Shown: positions 1 to 11,856 of the stretch, piece by piece | How positions within the stretch are numbered: position 1 is the stretch's first letter | Layout of the letters: each line of letters begins with the position of its first letter | Origin: Nemertoderma westbladi | Lineage: Eukaryota; Animalia; Xenacoelomorpha | NCBI GenBank assembly: GCA_032718475.1 | Contig: JAUCBJ010009061.1 | Coordinates: forward strand, 1-48,960 | Length of the DNA stretch: 48,960 nucleotides | Direction: 5' to 3' | Program-made: the position numbers and the translations under genes | Notes under the pieces: model-generated | What the model was told of the DNA's origin: nothing | What the model saw: only the letters and a program-made list of their open reading frames with translations | The model's database searches: none

Positions 1-1604
1 TGGAAAAATCACTTCAGCAACTTGCTTGGGCAGCCACCAAACATCGAGGTCAGCCCTACAAGGAAAATATACGACAAGACACTACCTATAGAAACAGGGG
101 ACTTCACACCTGCCGTACTCCAAAGAAGCATTAAAAGCATGTCCAATAATAAAGCGAGTGGATTAGATGAAATCCCAGCGGAGGTATGGAAAACCGGGGT
201 GCTAAACAGACCATTATTGAATGTTTGCAACCGGATGTTAAAAGGGGAAAAGCCACCACCAATTTGGACTAAAGGTCAACTAAAGCCTCTCCCCAAGAAA
301 GGAGACCTCGGCATACCAACAAACTATCGTGGGATCTGTCTGCTTGTGGTAGCTGCCAAAATATACAATAAAATGATTCTATATAGGATTAGGCCTCACA
401 TAGAGAAACTACTGCATAAGAGCCAAAACGGATTTCGACCAAGTAGATCAACAATAGCTCAGATACTTGCTCTATGGAGACTGATTGAAGGAATTAAGTC
501 AAAGAATCTCCCCGCAGTCATGACTTTTGTGGACTTCAAGAAGGCATTCGACTCCATCCATAGAGGTAAAATGCTTGAAATCCTAAGAGCTTATGGAATA
601 CCAGAAGTAATTGTTGCTGGCATTGGATTGTTATATTGTGACACAGAAGCGCAGGTACTCTCACCAGATGGTGAAACTGAGTTTTTCTCAATCCTGGCTG
701 GCGTACTGCAAGGTGACACATTAGCACCATTACTATTTGTAATTGTGCTGGATTACGCAATGAGGACGGCCACAAAGGGTGAAGACCTGGGATTCACACT
801 TCAAGAACGCAAAAGTAGTAGATATCCGGCAACTACAGTCACAGACACCGACTTTGCGGATGACATCGCCCTGCTCTCTAATACCCTAGCAGATGCACAG
901 CTTCTACTAAATAAAGTGGAGAGGGCTGCTAAGGAGGTTGGATTGCATATAAATGCTACAAAGACCGAATTCATGACCTTTAATGTTGATGGAAACTTGA
1001 CAACCATTGATAATAATTAACTACGGAAGGTCGATGACTTCCAGTACCTTGGATCATGGATAGAGAGTAGCAAAAAGGACATAGAAGTTAGGAAAGCAAA
1101 GGCTTGGGTAGCTCTATCAAAAATGGATACCATCTGGAAATCAGATCTCCCCAGGCACCTGAAGACTAAGTTCTTTCGAGCCACAGTGGTAAGTGTATTG
1201 TTATATGGGGGCGAGACCTGGACACTGACTAAATCACTTGAACAACGAATTGATGGTTGCTACACAAGACTACTAAGGGCAGCCCTAAACATCAGCTGGA
1301 GACAACACATGACAAACGCCGAGCTTTATGGTACAATACCACCTTTATCAACCACCCTCCGTGAACGCAGATTAAGATTCAGTGGGCACTGCTGGCGAAG
1401 TAAAGACGAGGTCATACCAGATCTACTTTTCTGGCAACCAACTCATGGAAAGCGTAGTCGTGGACGACCTGCCATAACATATATAGATCAACTTGAAAGG
1501 GATACTGAACTTGGGAGAAACGAAATTGCGACAACTATGGAGAATCGGGAAGCCTGGAAGGATCTCATTTCCACTGTCCGAGTTCGCTCGACCTAGTAGT
1601 AGTA
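1..1604 (+). mobile_element. RTE-clade non-LTR retrotransposon (LINE), RT and C-terminal part, runs off the window at the 5' side; single in-frame TAA at 1018-1020
   Basis: RT motifs NYRGICLL, QNGFRPSRST, FVDFKKAFDS, GVLQGDTLAP and DFADDIALL, then YLGSWI and LRFSGHCWR...RGRP in the same frame after the stop. Ends in a tagtagtagta tail. The minus-strand copy has CAA (Q) at the stop position. Confidence 0.9.
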
Positions 1605-1691
1605 TTCGTTGACACACTTGAATCAACGTTTAGTGATTGTGAGTGAATTTTAGTTGATACCGGTATCGATACAACAAATTTTGAACAGGAT

Positions 1692-2395
1692 ATGAAAGAG
1701 AACTTATTGGCGAAGTTGGATAATATAGCTAATTGTTTATCAATTGTCAATGAAGCCAACCATCCCAACAATAGTGTTGGTACTGAGTATTTAGATTATC
1801 TGCTCTTTCTACGAGATTCTCTGAACGTTAAAGAAGTTCAAGTTAGTCCCTGCTGTACAACTCTTTATCGTCCGTCAATCAACGGCAACAGTAGATTATT
1901 TACAAATTGTTTACAACCTAATAATGAACCAGCGAGAGGGCCATGCCGGCCAAAGCTTAACATTTCTCCAAATCATTTGAGCTATCTCAAAGAAATTGGT
2001 TTCAAGTGGTCTGAAATAGCAGTGATGTTTGGTGTCAGCCAATCTACCATTCAGGATCGGGTTCGAGAGTTTGATTTAGCAATCCGTGGAAGATATACCA
2101 ATGTCAGTAACGCTGACCTTCTTAGTATCATTGCCCAAATTCATAATCAATTCCCTCATGCCGGCTGTAGATTTGTCAATACCCTATTGAGGACGAAATA
2201 TATTTATGTACCATTTGAGTGTGTTCATCGACATTTACGATAAATTAATCCAGTATTATCAACAGCAAGATGGGGTTGGGGTGCAAATATAGTGTCAAGG
2301 CAGCTAATTCACTGTGGCACATAGATGGCCACCATAGCCTAATACGCTGGAATATTGTGGTACATGGTGGAATTGATGGTTTTTCAAGGTTAATT
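1692..2395 (+). pseudogene. Decayed HTH plus integrase-core (DDE) transposase, IS3-like eukaryotic (IS3EU-type) family
   Basis: ORF 1692-2243 has an HTH-like segment (LKEIGFKWSEIAVMFGVSQSTIQDRVREF). After a stop and a frameshift, the sequence from 2282 reads CKYSVKAANSLWHIDGHHSLIRWNIVVHGGIDGFSRLI, the WHIDG/HGGIDGFSR signature of this integrase-core family. Truncated at about 2395. Confidence 0.7.
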
Positions 2396-4378
2396 AGTGT
2401 TGCCCACAGAGCTTGTAGTATTTCCACTGGCACTGGAGCTAGTTAGATCAATTAACAGATTCGAATTGCGTCCAACTGTACCTCTAGCTAGGCCTATGGG
2501 TGTAACATCAGCAGTTTGTCTTCCATCCACACTCGATTGCACAGGGCTTGTATATCGCGATTCAAAACGATTCCCACAGTGGCAACAATAATGATCACCA
2601 TATCCATAAATACGGCCACAACAGCGATTCTCCATTGTACTGTGTACTTCAATTAATTACCTAATATTTCTAAGCTAAGAATAATTCGGTATTTAGGCCT
2701 ACCTGTATTTCATATTGGCACTACAGTATATTGCTGTTTTGTTTCTGTTTGGTAGTCAGTAGTTCTGAAGTTGATTTAGATTGATGGAAGCGGGACCGGT
2801 TCAGTAATCACTATATAAATATACTACGGTAATGGAGTTCTTCGTGGAACGTTTCTTGTTTCGAGTCGACCCTCTCTCAGTAAGCTGCAATTACGATAAA
2901 GCGCCTGGACATAAGGATAAGTGCGTTGAAACCCGTATTGCGCTTTCGGGACGAATCTGCATGTATTTACAGCGTAATCAGTACAAGGTCACAATATATG
3001 AAATTGAGATTGAAAGAACATATTTTTTATCAAATGCGCTAACAATGCTTAACTGGATAAACAAAATTTAACATAAAAATATTTCGAAATCGTCATTAAA
3101 GGTCATAAAGGCATTTTTCCCATGAGGAAGGATTGTACTGTTTGATGTAAAAAAAACAGCTAATATAAACATGGTCTACTAAACAATACATGCAATGATT
3201 AATAAAGATCATGCATAATCCAGCTCAGTTTCCCGCTAAAATTATAGTTACTGTACCAGTACTATACAGTAGCATCGGGAACAGTTCCACATGTAGTCAC
3301 ATTTTTCTAACATATCTAGAAAAAACTATAATTATTATATACTATTCTAGAACATAAATAAAATAAAAAATATAATGTTCTAGAAAATATAGGTAGTCAT
3401 TTTTCAAATTTAAAAAGGATAGTAATAAAAAAAACTACATTTTTTTAACAAAAATCATTGTTACCATGCAAAAAATGTAAACTGCTATAATATCCTCAAT
3501 ATTTTTTGTCATTAATATATTCTGCAACAGTTTAATCATGAAATATAAACGTTTTCACATTTTATAATATTTACTTTACAAAAAATACTAGCTAGTAAAA
3601 AAACACAAGCTAAAATAAAAAAAACATATCTACTAATGTTCTACAACAACAAAAATTGCAGTATTTTTAGAAATTTCTAAAAAAAATGTTAATATATAAT
3701 AAATCATGTTTTGAAAAATTACTAGCTAGTCGATTAGCTAATGTTAATGTTAATGTTCTAGAACACAATATCTGTTGCATGTTTCATGTTGCATTTTAAT
3801 GATGCAATGAAGTCAGTGGTGATATTACTATGCAAAAAGTACATTACATTAATTACATTAATTTATATCAAAATATCAATGCAACTGCATACGGAACTCT
3901 AGCCTTAGCATCAGTACGGTAGCAGTTGTAAAGGGTTGGTTATCGATTTAGCTTTTTATAAAACAAGACCGACTACTGGCAACCACGACATAAAAGTAGC
4001 GAACTAACAATAAATTAGAGCTGCAAACAGTAAGTTATATTTTATAATGAATAATTATTATATATTATGAATAAAATGTGTTCTAGAGTTGTGTTCAGAT
4101 GCTTTGGATACCACACTGAAAAATATAAAACCATTTATTACTGATAGTTCCCCATTTGAAAAAATCATCTAACATTAGATTGTCCCTGAGATACTCTAAC
4201 TACTACTAGTACTAGGTCGAGCGAACTCGGACAGTGGAAATGAGATCCTTCCAGGCTTCCCGATTCTCCATAGTTGTCGCAATTTCGTTTCTCCCAAGTT
4301 CAGTACCCTTCCAAGTTGATCTATATATGTTATGGCCGGTCGTAATGGTCGGCTAATTTTGAAGATATCAAAGCTACT

Positions 4379-6100
4379 ATGATTTCTTTACCTATTCTGA
4401 AACCATTCGATATGAACCTGGAAACAGCACTATTTACAGATGCATCAAGAAATGGATTGGGCTTTGTCCTCATGCAGAAACATAACGCAGGTTGGCGTAT
4501 AGTTCAGTGTGGGAGCAGGTTTATCACAACGACTGAAGCGAACCGGGCAGTTTGCGAACTCGAACTTCTTGGAGTTGTATGGGCAGTCAAGAAATGTCGA
4601 ACATATCTTTTAGGATGTCCACGAATTATAATAAAGACTGATCACAAACCATTACGCTCCATTTTAAATGACAAATTGCTCAATGCAATCGATAATGTTC
4701 AACTGCAGCGACTGAAAGAGAAATTAATGGGTTATAATATAAGAGCTGAGTGGATTCCGGGTAAAGATAACATAATAGCTGACACTTAATCACGTTCTCC
4801 AGTCGATAAACCAACACCAGGTGACTCAGATTTCGCTGAAGATGTTGCCTTACATGTTCGTTCTGTTATGTCTGTTTTGACCAAAGAAATAGATCCAGCA
4901 TACAAACTTCTATATGATGCTGCTAAAAATGATGAAAATTACGATATACTTCGTAACATCATTATTAATGGTTTATCTTCACCTAACCAATTACCCTCGA
5001 CTTTAACTCCATATAAAAATATACTTCCAGAATTATCAATCCAAGATGGTCTTATTGTCTTAGGAAACCGTATAGTAGTGCCGATACAAGCTAGGGGAGA
5101 AATACTTCGCCGTCTACATGCCTCACACCAGGGAGTGCGCCGTACTATCGAACGGGCACGCCAGCTTTATTACTGGACAGGTTTTCGAAGTGCTATTAGG
5201 AACACTATCGAAGCATGTGAACTGTGCCAAGTCCACAAGGCAAGCCAATGTCAAGAGCCCCTTATACAGGAATCACTTCCAAAACGGCCATTTGAAAGGG
5301 TTTCCTCAGACATATTTAGCTATGGAGGAAATTATTTCATGGTTTATGTCGATCGGTACAGTGGGTGGCCAAATGTATTCTTCTTTGGCAAGACTGTCCC
5401 CACTACCACATCTGTTAAAACAAAGATGGCTGAATGGTTTTGCGACACGGGAGTGCCAATTAAACTCAGAACCGATGGGGGATCTCAATATACTTCACGT
5501 GAATTTAAACAATTTTGTGAAGACTGGTCTATAAATCATGCTATCAGCAGTGCCCATTACCCCCAGTCAAACGGACACGCTGAAGCTGCAGTAAAGTCTA
5601 TGAAAGCTCTTGCAAAGAAAAGCACCTCAGCAAATGGCAAATTCGACAAATTGACCTTTATAGAAGGTCTTCTCGAATGGAGGAACACCCCACATAATTT
5701 AGAACACCCAGCACCCTCAGAGATGTTATATGGACGACTAACAAGAACGCATTTACCCGCAAGCTGTAGCCTAATGGATATTCACTGGGGTGATCGAATG
5801 GATAATGCTGAGAAAATGGCTGCCCGTCGAAAACGTGAAGAGTTTGCAAGCAAACAACGCTATGATAATCATGCCCATACCCTACCAATCTTGAACATAG
5901 GAACAATGGTATATATCCAAGACACAGTTACTGGCAAGTGGGATCGATTTGGCAAAATCACATCCATGCGAAAAGAAGAAAACAATAGGCGCAGTTACGT
6001 GCTGCGTGCTGCTTCCATCAGGACGAGTATTCCTGCGCAACAGACGATTTCTACGACCTATGCCTATCATTTCGACAGATTCATCTACCATGTCGACTAA
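4379..6100 (+). pseudogene. Gypsy pol remnant (RNase H 4379-4789; integrase 4868-6100), with an in-frame stop and a C-terminal frameshift
   Basis: ORF-track translations. The C-terminus continues in another frame (5949-6221: SGRVFLRNRRFLRP...RRGTRERRPPIRY), a typical Gypsy integrase tail. Confidence 0.85.
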
Positions 6101-6270
6101 CGACACTAAAACTCTTAAATCTCCTTCCATGCCTGTACATAATTACCCGGATGTATTACGACGTGGCACACGGGAGAGACGACCACCGATCCGTTACCAA
6201 GAAACGAAACTGACTCAATAATCAACGTCTATATTGTTCCTTTAAATGCGACCAATAGACTGGGGCGGCA

Positions 6271-6534
6271 TGTACACTTGTACAGTAGGATGTATACTCA
6301 ATATCTAATATGGACCTTCATTATATGTGTGCATAAACAACGCCACATATTACTATGTGTTTAGTTCTATGTTTGTATTCTGTACAGTGCACTCAGCTGA
6401 AGGTTTTTAGTAATATTAATTAATGGTGGTGGATTGTCTCACATATATGTCAAGCTATCCATTGAGAAATATATTCAAAGCATTTTGTCCTAAATAATAT
6501 AATATTATTTTATTGATTTATGTTCAACCGAACA
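6271..6534 (+). repeat. Putative Gypsy 3' LTR (~264 bp)
   Basis: Purine-rich ggggcggca immediately precedes TGT at 6271. Ends ...gaACA at 6534, exactly where the LINE sequence resumes. Confidence 0.7.
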
Positions 6535-8342
6535 GCTTTCCATGAGTGGGTTGCCAGAAAAGTAGATCTGGTATGACCTCGTCTTTACTTCGCCAGAAGT
6601 GCCCACTGAATCTTAATCTGAGTTCTTGGAGGGTGGTTGATACAGGATGTATTGTACCATAAAGCTCGGCGTTTGTCATGTGTTGTCTCCAGCTGATGTT
6701 TAGGGCTGCCCTTAGTAGTCTTGTGTAGCAACCATCAATTCGTTGTTCAAGTGATTTAGTCAGTGTCCAAGTCTCACCCCGTATAAAAATACACTTTCCA
6801 CTGTGGCACGAAAGAACTTAGTCCTCAGGTGCCTGGAGAGATCTGATTTCAAGATGGTATCCATTTTTGATAGAGCTACCCAAGCCTTTGCTTTCCTAAC
6901 TTCTATGTCCTTTTTGCTACTCTCTATCCATGATCCTAGGTACTGGATGTCGCCAATCTTCCTTAGTTGATTATTATCAATGGTTGTCAAGTTTCCATCA
7001 ACATTAAAAGTCATGAATTCGGTCATGGTAGCATTGATATGCAATCCAACCTCCTTAGCAGCCCTCTCCACTTTATTTGGTAGAAGCTGTGCATCAGCTA
7101 GCGTATTAGAAACCAGGGCGATGTCATCCGCCAATTCGTGTCTGTGACTGTAGTTGCCGGATATCTACTACTTCTGCGTTCTTGATCTTCAACCTTTGTG
7201 GCCATCCTCATTGCGTAATCCAGTACAATTATAAATAATAATGGTGCTAATGTGTCACCTTGCAGTACGCCAGCCAGGATTGAAAAAAACTCCGTTTCAC
7301 CATCTGGTGAGAGTACCTGCGCTGCTGTGTCACAATATAACAATCCAATGCCAGCAACAATTACATCTGGTATTCCATAAGCTCTTAGTATTTCAAGAAT
7401 TTTACCTCTATGGATGGAGTCGAATGCCTTCTTGAAGTCCACAAAAGTCATGACTGCAGGGAGATTCTTAATTACTTAATTCCTTCAATCAGACTCCGTA
7501 GTGCAAGTATCTGAGCTATTGTTGATCTATTTGGTCGAAATTCGTTTTGGCTCTTACGCAGTAGTTTCTCTATGTGAGGCCTAATCCTATATAGAATCAT
7601 TTTATTGTATATTTTGGCAGCCACCACCAACAGACAGATCCCACAATAGTTTGTTGGTATACCGAGGTCTCCTTTCTTGGGGAGAGGCTTTAGTTGACCT
7701 TTAGTCCAAATTGGTGGTGGCTTTTCCCCTTTTAACATCCATCCGGTTTACAAACATTCAATAATAGCCTGTTTAGCAATCCTGTTTTCCATACTTCCGC
7801 TGGGATTTCATCTAATCCACTCGCTTTATTATTGAATATGCTTTTAATGCTCGGCAGGTGTGAAGTCTCCTGTTCCTATAGGTAGTGTCTTGTCATATAT
7901 TTTCCTTGTAGGGATGACCTCGATGTTTGGTGGCTGCACAAGCAAGTTGCTGAAGTGATTTTTCCACTTCCGAACACATTCTTCAGGGCTATCGGCTTTG
8001 AGGCACCCCTTTGTACAACTTTTTCGACCAGATACCTCATTTACAGTTTGCCAGGTAAGTCTTGATTGTTGCTGTATGTGAGCAGTTGTAATTGCTTCAA
8101 TTTTATCCTTTATATACTTTTCCTGGCTGATGTTGTAGGCCAATTTAAGATCGTCCTTAGCTTTCTCAACCATGTTGATGTTTTCAGTTGTTGGTTGTTC
8201 GGTTTTTACTTTGTAGGCTATCTTAAGTTCTTCTCTCTTACAAGTAACCTCAGAGTTTTGCCATGGCATATACTGTTTCCGTTTGGGTTTCTGGGGGATA
8301 TGCCTCTTAGCTGATTCCTTATCGCATGAATTGCTGCGATGG

Positions 8343-11300
8343 AATGATACGATGGCTCAGGAGAGTTTTACGCGTCTGGTGGCTAGAACAGAAGCCCGTC
8401 AAGCCGTAAAGGTGGGAGAAGTTGTCAAATTTAACGGAGATGGGATGAAGTGGCTGCCATTTATTGAATATTATAAGGATAACATAAGAAACTCTGTATT
8501 ATCAAACTGATAAAAGTTACGATTCCTCATCGAGTGCTTGGAAGGCCCTCCCAAATTGATGGAATTAATGTTCATCGGACATCCTGACTGACTAAGACAA
8601 GTCTGGGATACCCTAAATATCAGGTATGGTAATAGGACTAACATTTGTATGCGAAATTAGTAGCGCCCAGGAAATTCCCTAGCAATGGAATTATAGAGTT
8701 TTCCGACGAGGTTCAGGAGATCTGTAGGCGGTTAGAATGGTTAGGTAAATCTTATGAGTACCAAAGTTCTATGGTGGTAGGAGCTGTTGTGGCATCTTTG
8801 CCAAAGGGTGGAGTAGGTACTCGTTGGGACAAAAAGGTGCTATACTTAGAGGACTAGCGTAAGAGAGATCCTACCACGGCGGACCTTATGTCTTTCCTAA
8901 CAGGAGAGGTAAGATTACAGCTTATTAAACAGTCAAGAGAGAAGACTCCTGAGACCAAGGTAAGTGAGAAACCAGTAGCTAGGAGAAAGGTAACTCCTGT
9001 ATGTTATACCGAGTATGAGAGTCAAACCTCATATGATGAGGACAGTGGACCAGACACCAGACATAAAGGAAGGCAACGTAAGACTCCTCCAACATCACCC
9101 AAAACGATTCCCAGTAAGGAGCCCAAAGAAAAACTCGAGTGCAGAACACAGTACAACCTAAGGTAACTAATCTTAAGCCTAAGTGTGTGTCATGCGAAGG
9201 GCCCCATCATCTGAGTAAAGGCGAGGAATTCTTGAAGAAAGACCTCAGGGACAGACGTAGTGTAACCTGGGATAAGAGGTTATATTACAATTGTCTGAGG
9301 AGAGCACATCTGAGGAAGACTTGCTATTCAGATGCTAGGTGTGCTAAGTGTGGAGCTAAACATCACTCGTTATTACATAGCGAGTTTGACAAGGTGAATG
9401 AACCCGAGTTGCACGTTCAATTCGGAGACATGAATGACACTGACCAGATTTTGGAGATGGAAGGATTCTATACAGATGAGTGTTCTGATGAAAACGAATC
9501 CAGCTATATGATCAACACGACCGTATACCGAGCCCTTACCCACTAGGTAACAACCGACAGAGAGGAAATCCAACTATCCATTCCAGATAAACATTTCTCG
9601 TGGAAGGTCTCGCAACAATCTAGTGGCATACAAGAATTCCCAGTGGTGCAGCTTAGGATACATGGATGAGGTAAGAGTTTAATTGTTAACGCCCTCCTTG
9701 ATTCAGGTAGTACAGGCACCTTTATTGACAAGGACTTAGCCGATCTACAGTATCAATGGACTTTTATATGGGATCACTATCCACCCCACAGGATAAATCT
9801 GGTAAGAACAGCATAAGGTCTATTAAAATGGTAGCTCTTAAGAACTTAGACTGTAGACTAGAAAGTAGAACCTTATGACTGGGAAGAAGACACCATCGCC
9901 CAGCAATACAGAGTTCCCAGATTCAAGACTCATTATCCTGGAGTCCAGATGCTACTCGGCCAAAACGCACATGAAGCGCTAGGGACACTAGAAAAGCAAC
10001 CTACTCGCAACCTCTACAAACTTATGTGGGACAAACTAGGGTAGGTTGGTATCTCACGGGACAATCTGGACACACTCTCCGGGAAAGAGGAGAGAATGAA
10101 CATATCATGTATGTATGTATGTATCATGTATCATGTATGTATGTATGTATCATGTATCATGTATGTATCATACCATGTATGTGAGAGTGTGGAAGTCGTG
10201 AATGATGAGACTGTCTCAGCTGAGGAAACTCCATGCTCCTCAGATAATGACGATACCCAAATCTTGTACGATGAGGATAATACGATCGAACCCCTCACCA
10301 AGAACCAAACTTGGTCCAACCAAACCGAACTGTATAATTTAATACAACAAAATAACAAACTGTTGGCTAATGAGGATGACAAGCTCAACGAGGTAGTGGA
10401 GCGATATAATTCTAAACTGAGAGATGAACTATCAGTGCTATTCTTTACACAAGAGGCTGTGGAACCTAACTCTTATGATAGAGCCCTATCTGTAGAGGAG
10501 GAGAGAGTGAAACAAATCCAGGCAACGACTACTCGTTATATCAAGTAGGAGGGTCGTTATGAGATTGGTTTACCTTTCTGGAAGCGAGAACCCACCTTCA
10601 TAAGTAACCGACCATTGGCTATCAAAACAATCGAGCAACTGCACCGAAGTTTATCATCGAATGATAAGGCTAAAGAAATGTACAAGACACAGTTAAAGAA
10701 GTTCATCGATAGGGGATACGCGGAGCAAGTTCCAACCGATACACCCGTAACGGACAGAACATATTATCAAACTCACCACTAAGTTCCCAAACCCGGTAAA
10801 CCCAACAAACTCTGGGGGGTGTTCGACGGCTCTGCGTTATATAAGGGACATTCCCTGAACTCAGAATTATTGCTGGGACCCAACTTACTCCAATCACTGT
10901 TGGGAATACTACTACGACTCCGGCAGTATTCCATCGCCTTTGCCTCCGATATAGATGGCATGTTTCTACAGGTGAAAGCATTGCAACGAGACCGGGATAG
11001 CTTACGGTTCTTATGGTGGCCTGACGGTGACTTCAATAAAGAACCAGTAGAGTACTGGATGACTATCCAGGCTTTCGGCATTATCTCTAGTCCATCTAAT
11101 GCTTGCTCGGTAGTGCGTACCACTGCTGACGAAAATCGAGACGCCTTCCCAATAGCGGTCATCGATAACATCAAACGTGACATCTACATGACGATCCCTG
11201 CCTACGGTAGAAGAAGCCTTCGAGGTTGCCAAGGGAATGGTAGAGTGTCTTCAACTCGGTGGATTCCGGTAAACTAAATTCACCAGCAACTCCCATGAGT

Positions 11301-11352
11301 TTCTGGAGGTGATCCCAGAAAAAGAACGAGGTGCCAAAGATCTCAACCTCTC
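8343..11352 (+). pseudogene. Degenerate BEL/Pao gag-protease-RT fragment, same family as the element at 21126-32256
   Basis: Colinear similarity to ORF 24679-27837 (MAQESFTR, zinc knuckles, ALLDSGS), then Pao-type RT motifs (SLNSELLLGPNLLQSLLGILLRLR, SDIDGMFLQV, LRFLWW, FGIISSPS, frameshifted YM[D]D). Many stops. (ATGT)n microsatellite at ~10100-10180. Confidence 0.85.
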
Positions 11353-11856
11353 TGTCACGCACTAGGGGGGGGGGGGGTCGAGCTTGCGTGACATTTTGTG
11401 TCAGGGGGGGTTAGATGAGTGGGAAACTTTAAGGAAAAAACAATAAACTCAATAACATTGAATTTAATCCCTAACATTAACAGAGCACCCCTGTCTAGTC
11501 TGCCTTGTACATGTACATGTACAGTACTGTGATTTGAAGCTGCTAAAGTATGTATAGGCTTTTAGTAAGAACTACTTCAGTCAAAATGTTTAACTTTCTA
11601 TTGTGCTTTGCTTTCTAACTATTATTAAATTACTGAAATAAAATATTTTTCGTCTAGGGGGGAGGGGGGGGGGGGGGTATAAATTTACGAAAAAAAATTT
11701 TGTGACAGAGGGGGGGGGGGGGGGTATAAATTTACGAAAAAAAATTTTGTGACAGAGGGGGGGGGGGGGGGGGTTCGAGCTTGCGTGACACTTTGTGACA
11801 AGGGGGGGGGGTCAAAAAACTGGAAAATTTGCGTGACATACTTTATGAACGCCCCC
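11353..11856. mobile_element. MITE-like DNA element with poly-G tracts and a truncated left end, possibly PIF/Harbinger-type
   Basis: Right end tgcgtgacatactttatgaacgccccc. The left remnant tgtcacgca is its partial inverted complement. Internal repeated gagcttgcgtgaca and tataaatttacgaaaaaaaattttgtgacagaggg units. Confidence 0.5.

Larger units (their letters stand above)
4344..6534 (+). mobile_element. 5'-truncated Ty3/Gypsy LTR retrotransposon: RNase H, integrase, PPT and 3' LTR
   Basis: RNase H motifs TDASRNGLGFVL, ELELLGVVWAV, TDHKPL and GKDNIIAD. Integrase HHCC (HASHQG...CELC) and DDE (SDIF, RTDGGSQY, SNGHAEAAV). RNase H-before-integrase order is the Gypsy arrangement. Confidence 0.88.
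4200..8335 (-). mobile_element. Second, degenerate copy of the same RTE LINE, split by a Gypsy insertion (3' piece 4200-4343; main body 6535-~8335)
   Basis: Reverse complement matches 1-1604. ORF fragments 7844-8269, 7472-7738, 7098-7451 and 6760-7134 carry frameshifts and small deletions. (CTA)n tail at 4200-4214. Confidence 0.9.

Noticed and set aside
3070-4190. AT-rich tract with recurring tctaga / ctagctag motifs
   Set aside because: No termini, periodicity or ORF could be established by eye.
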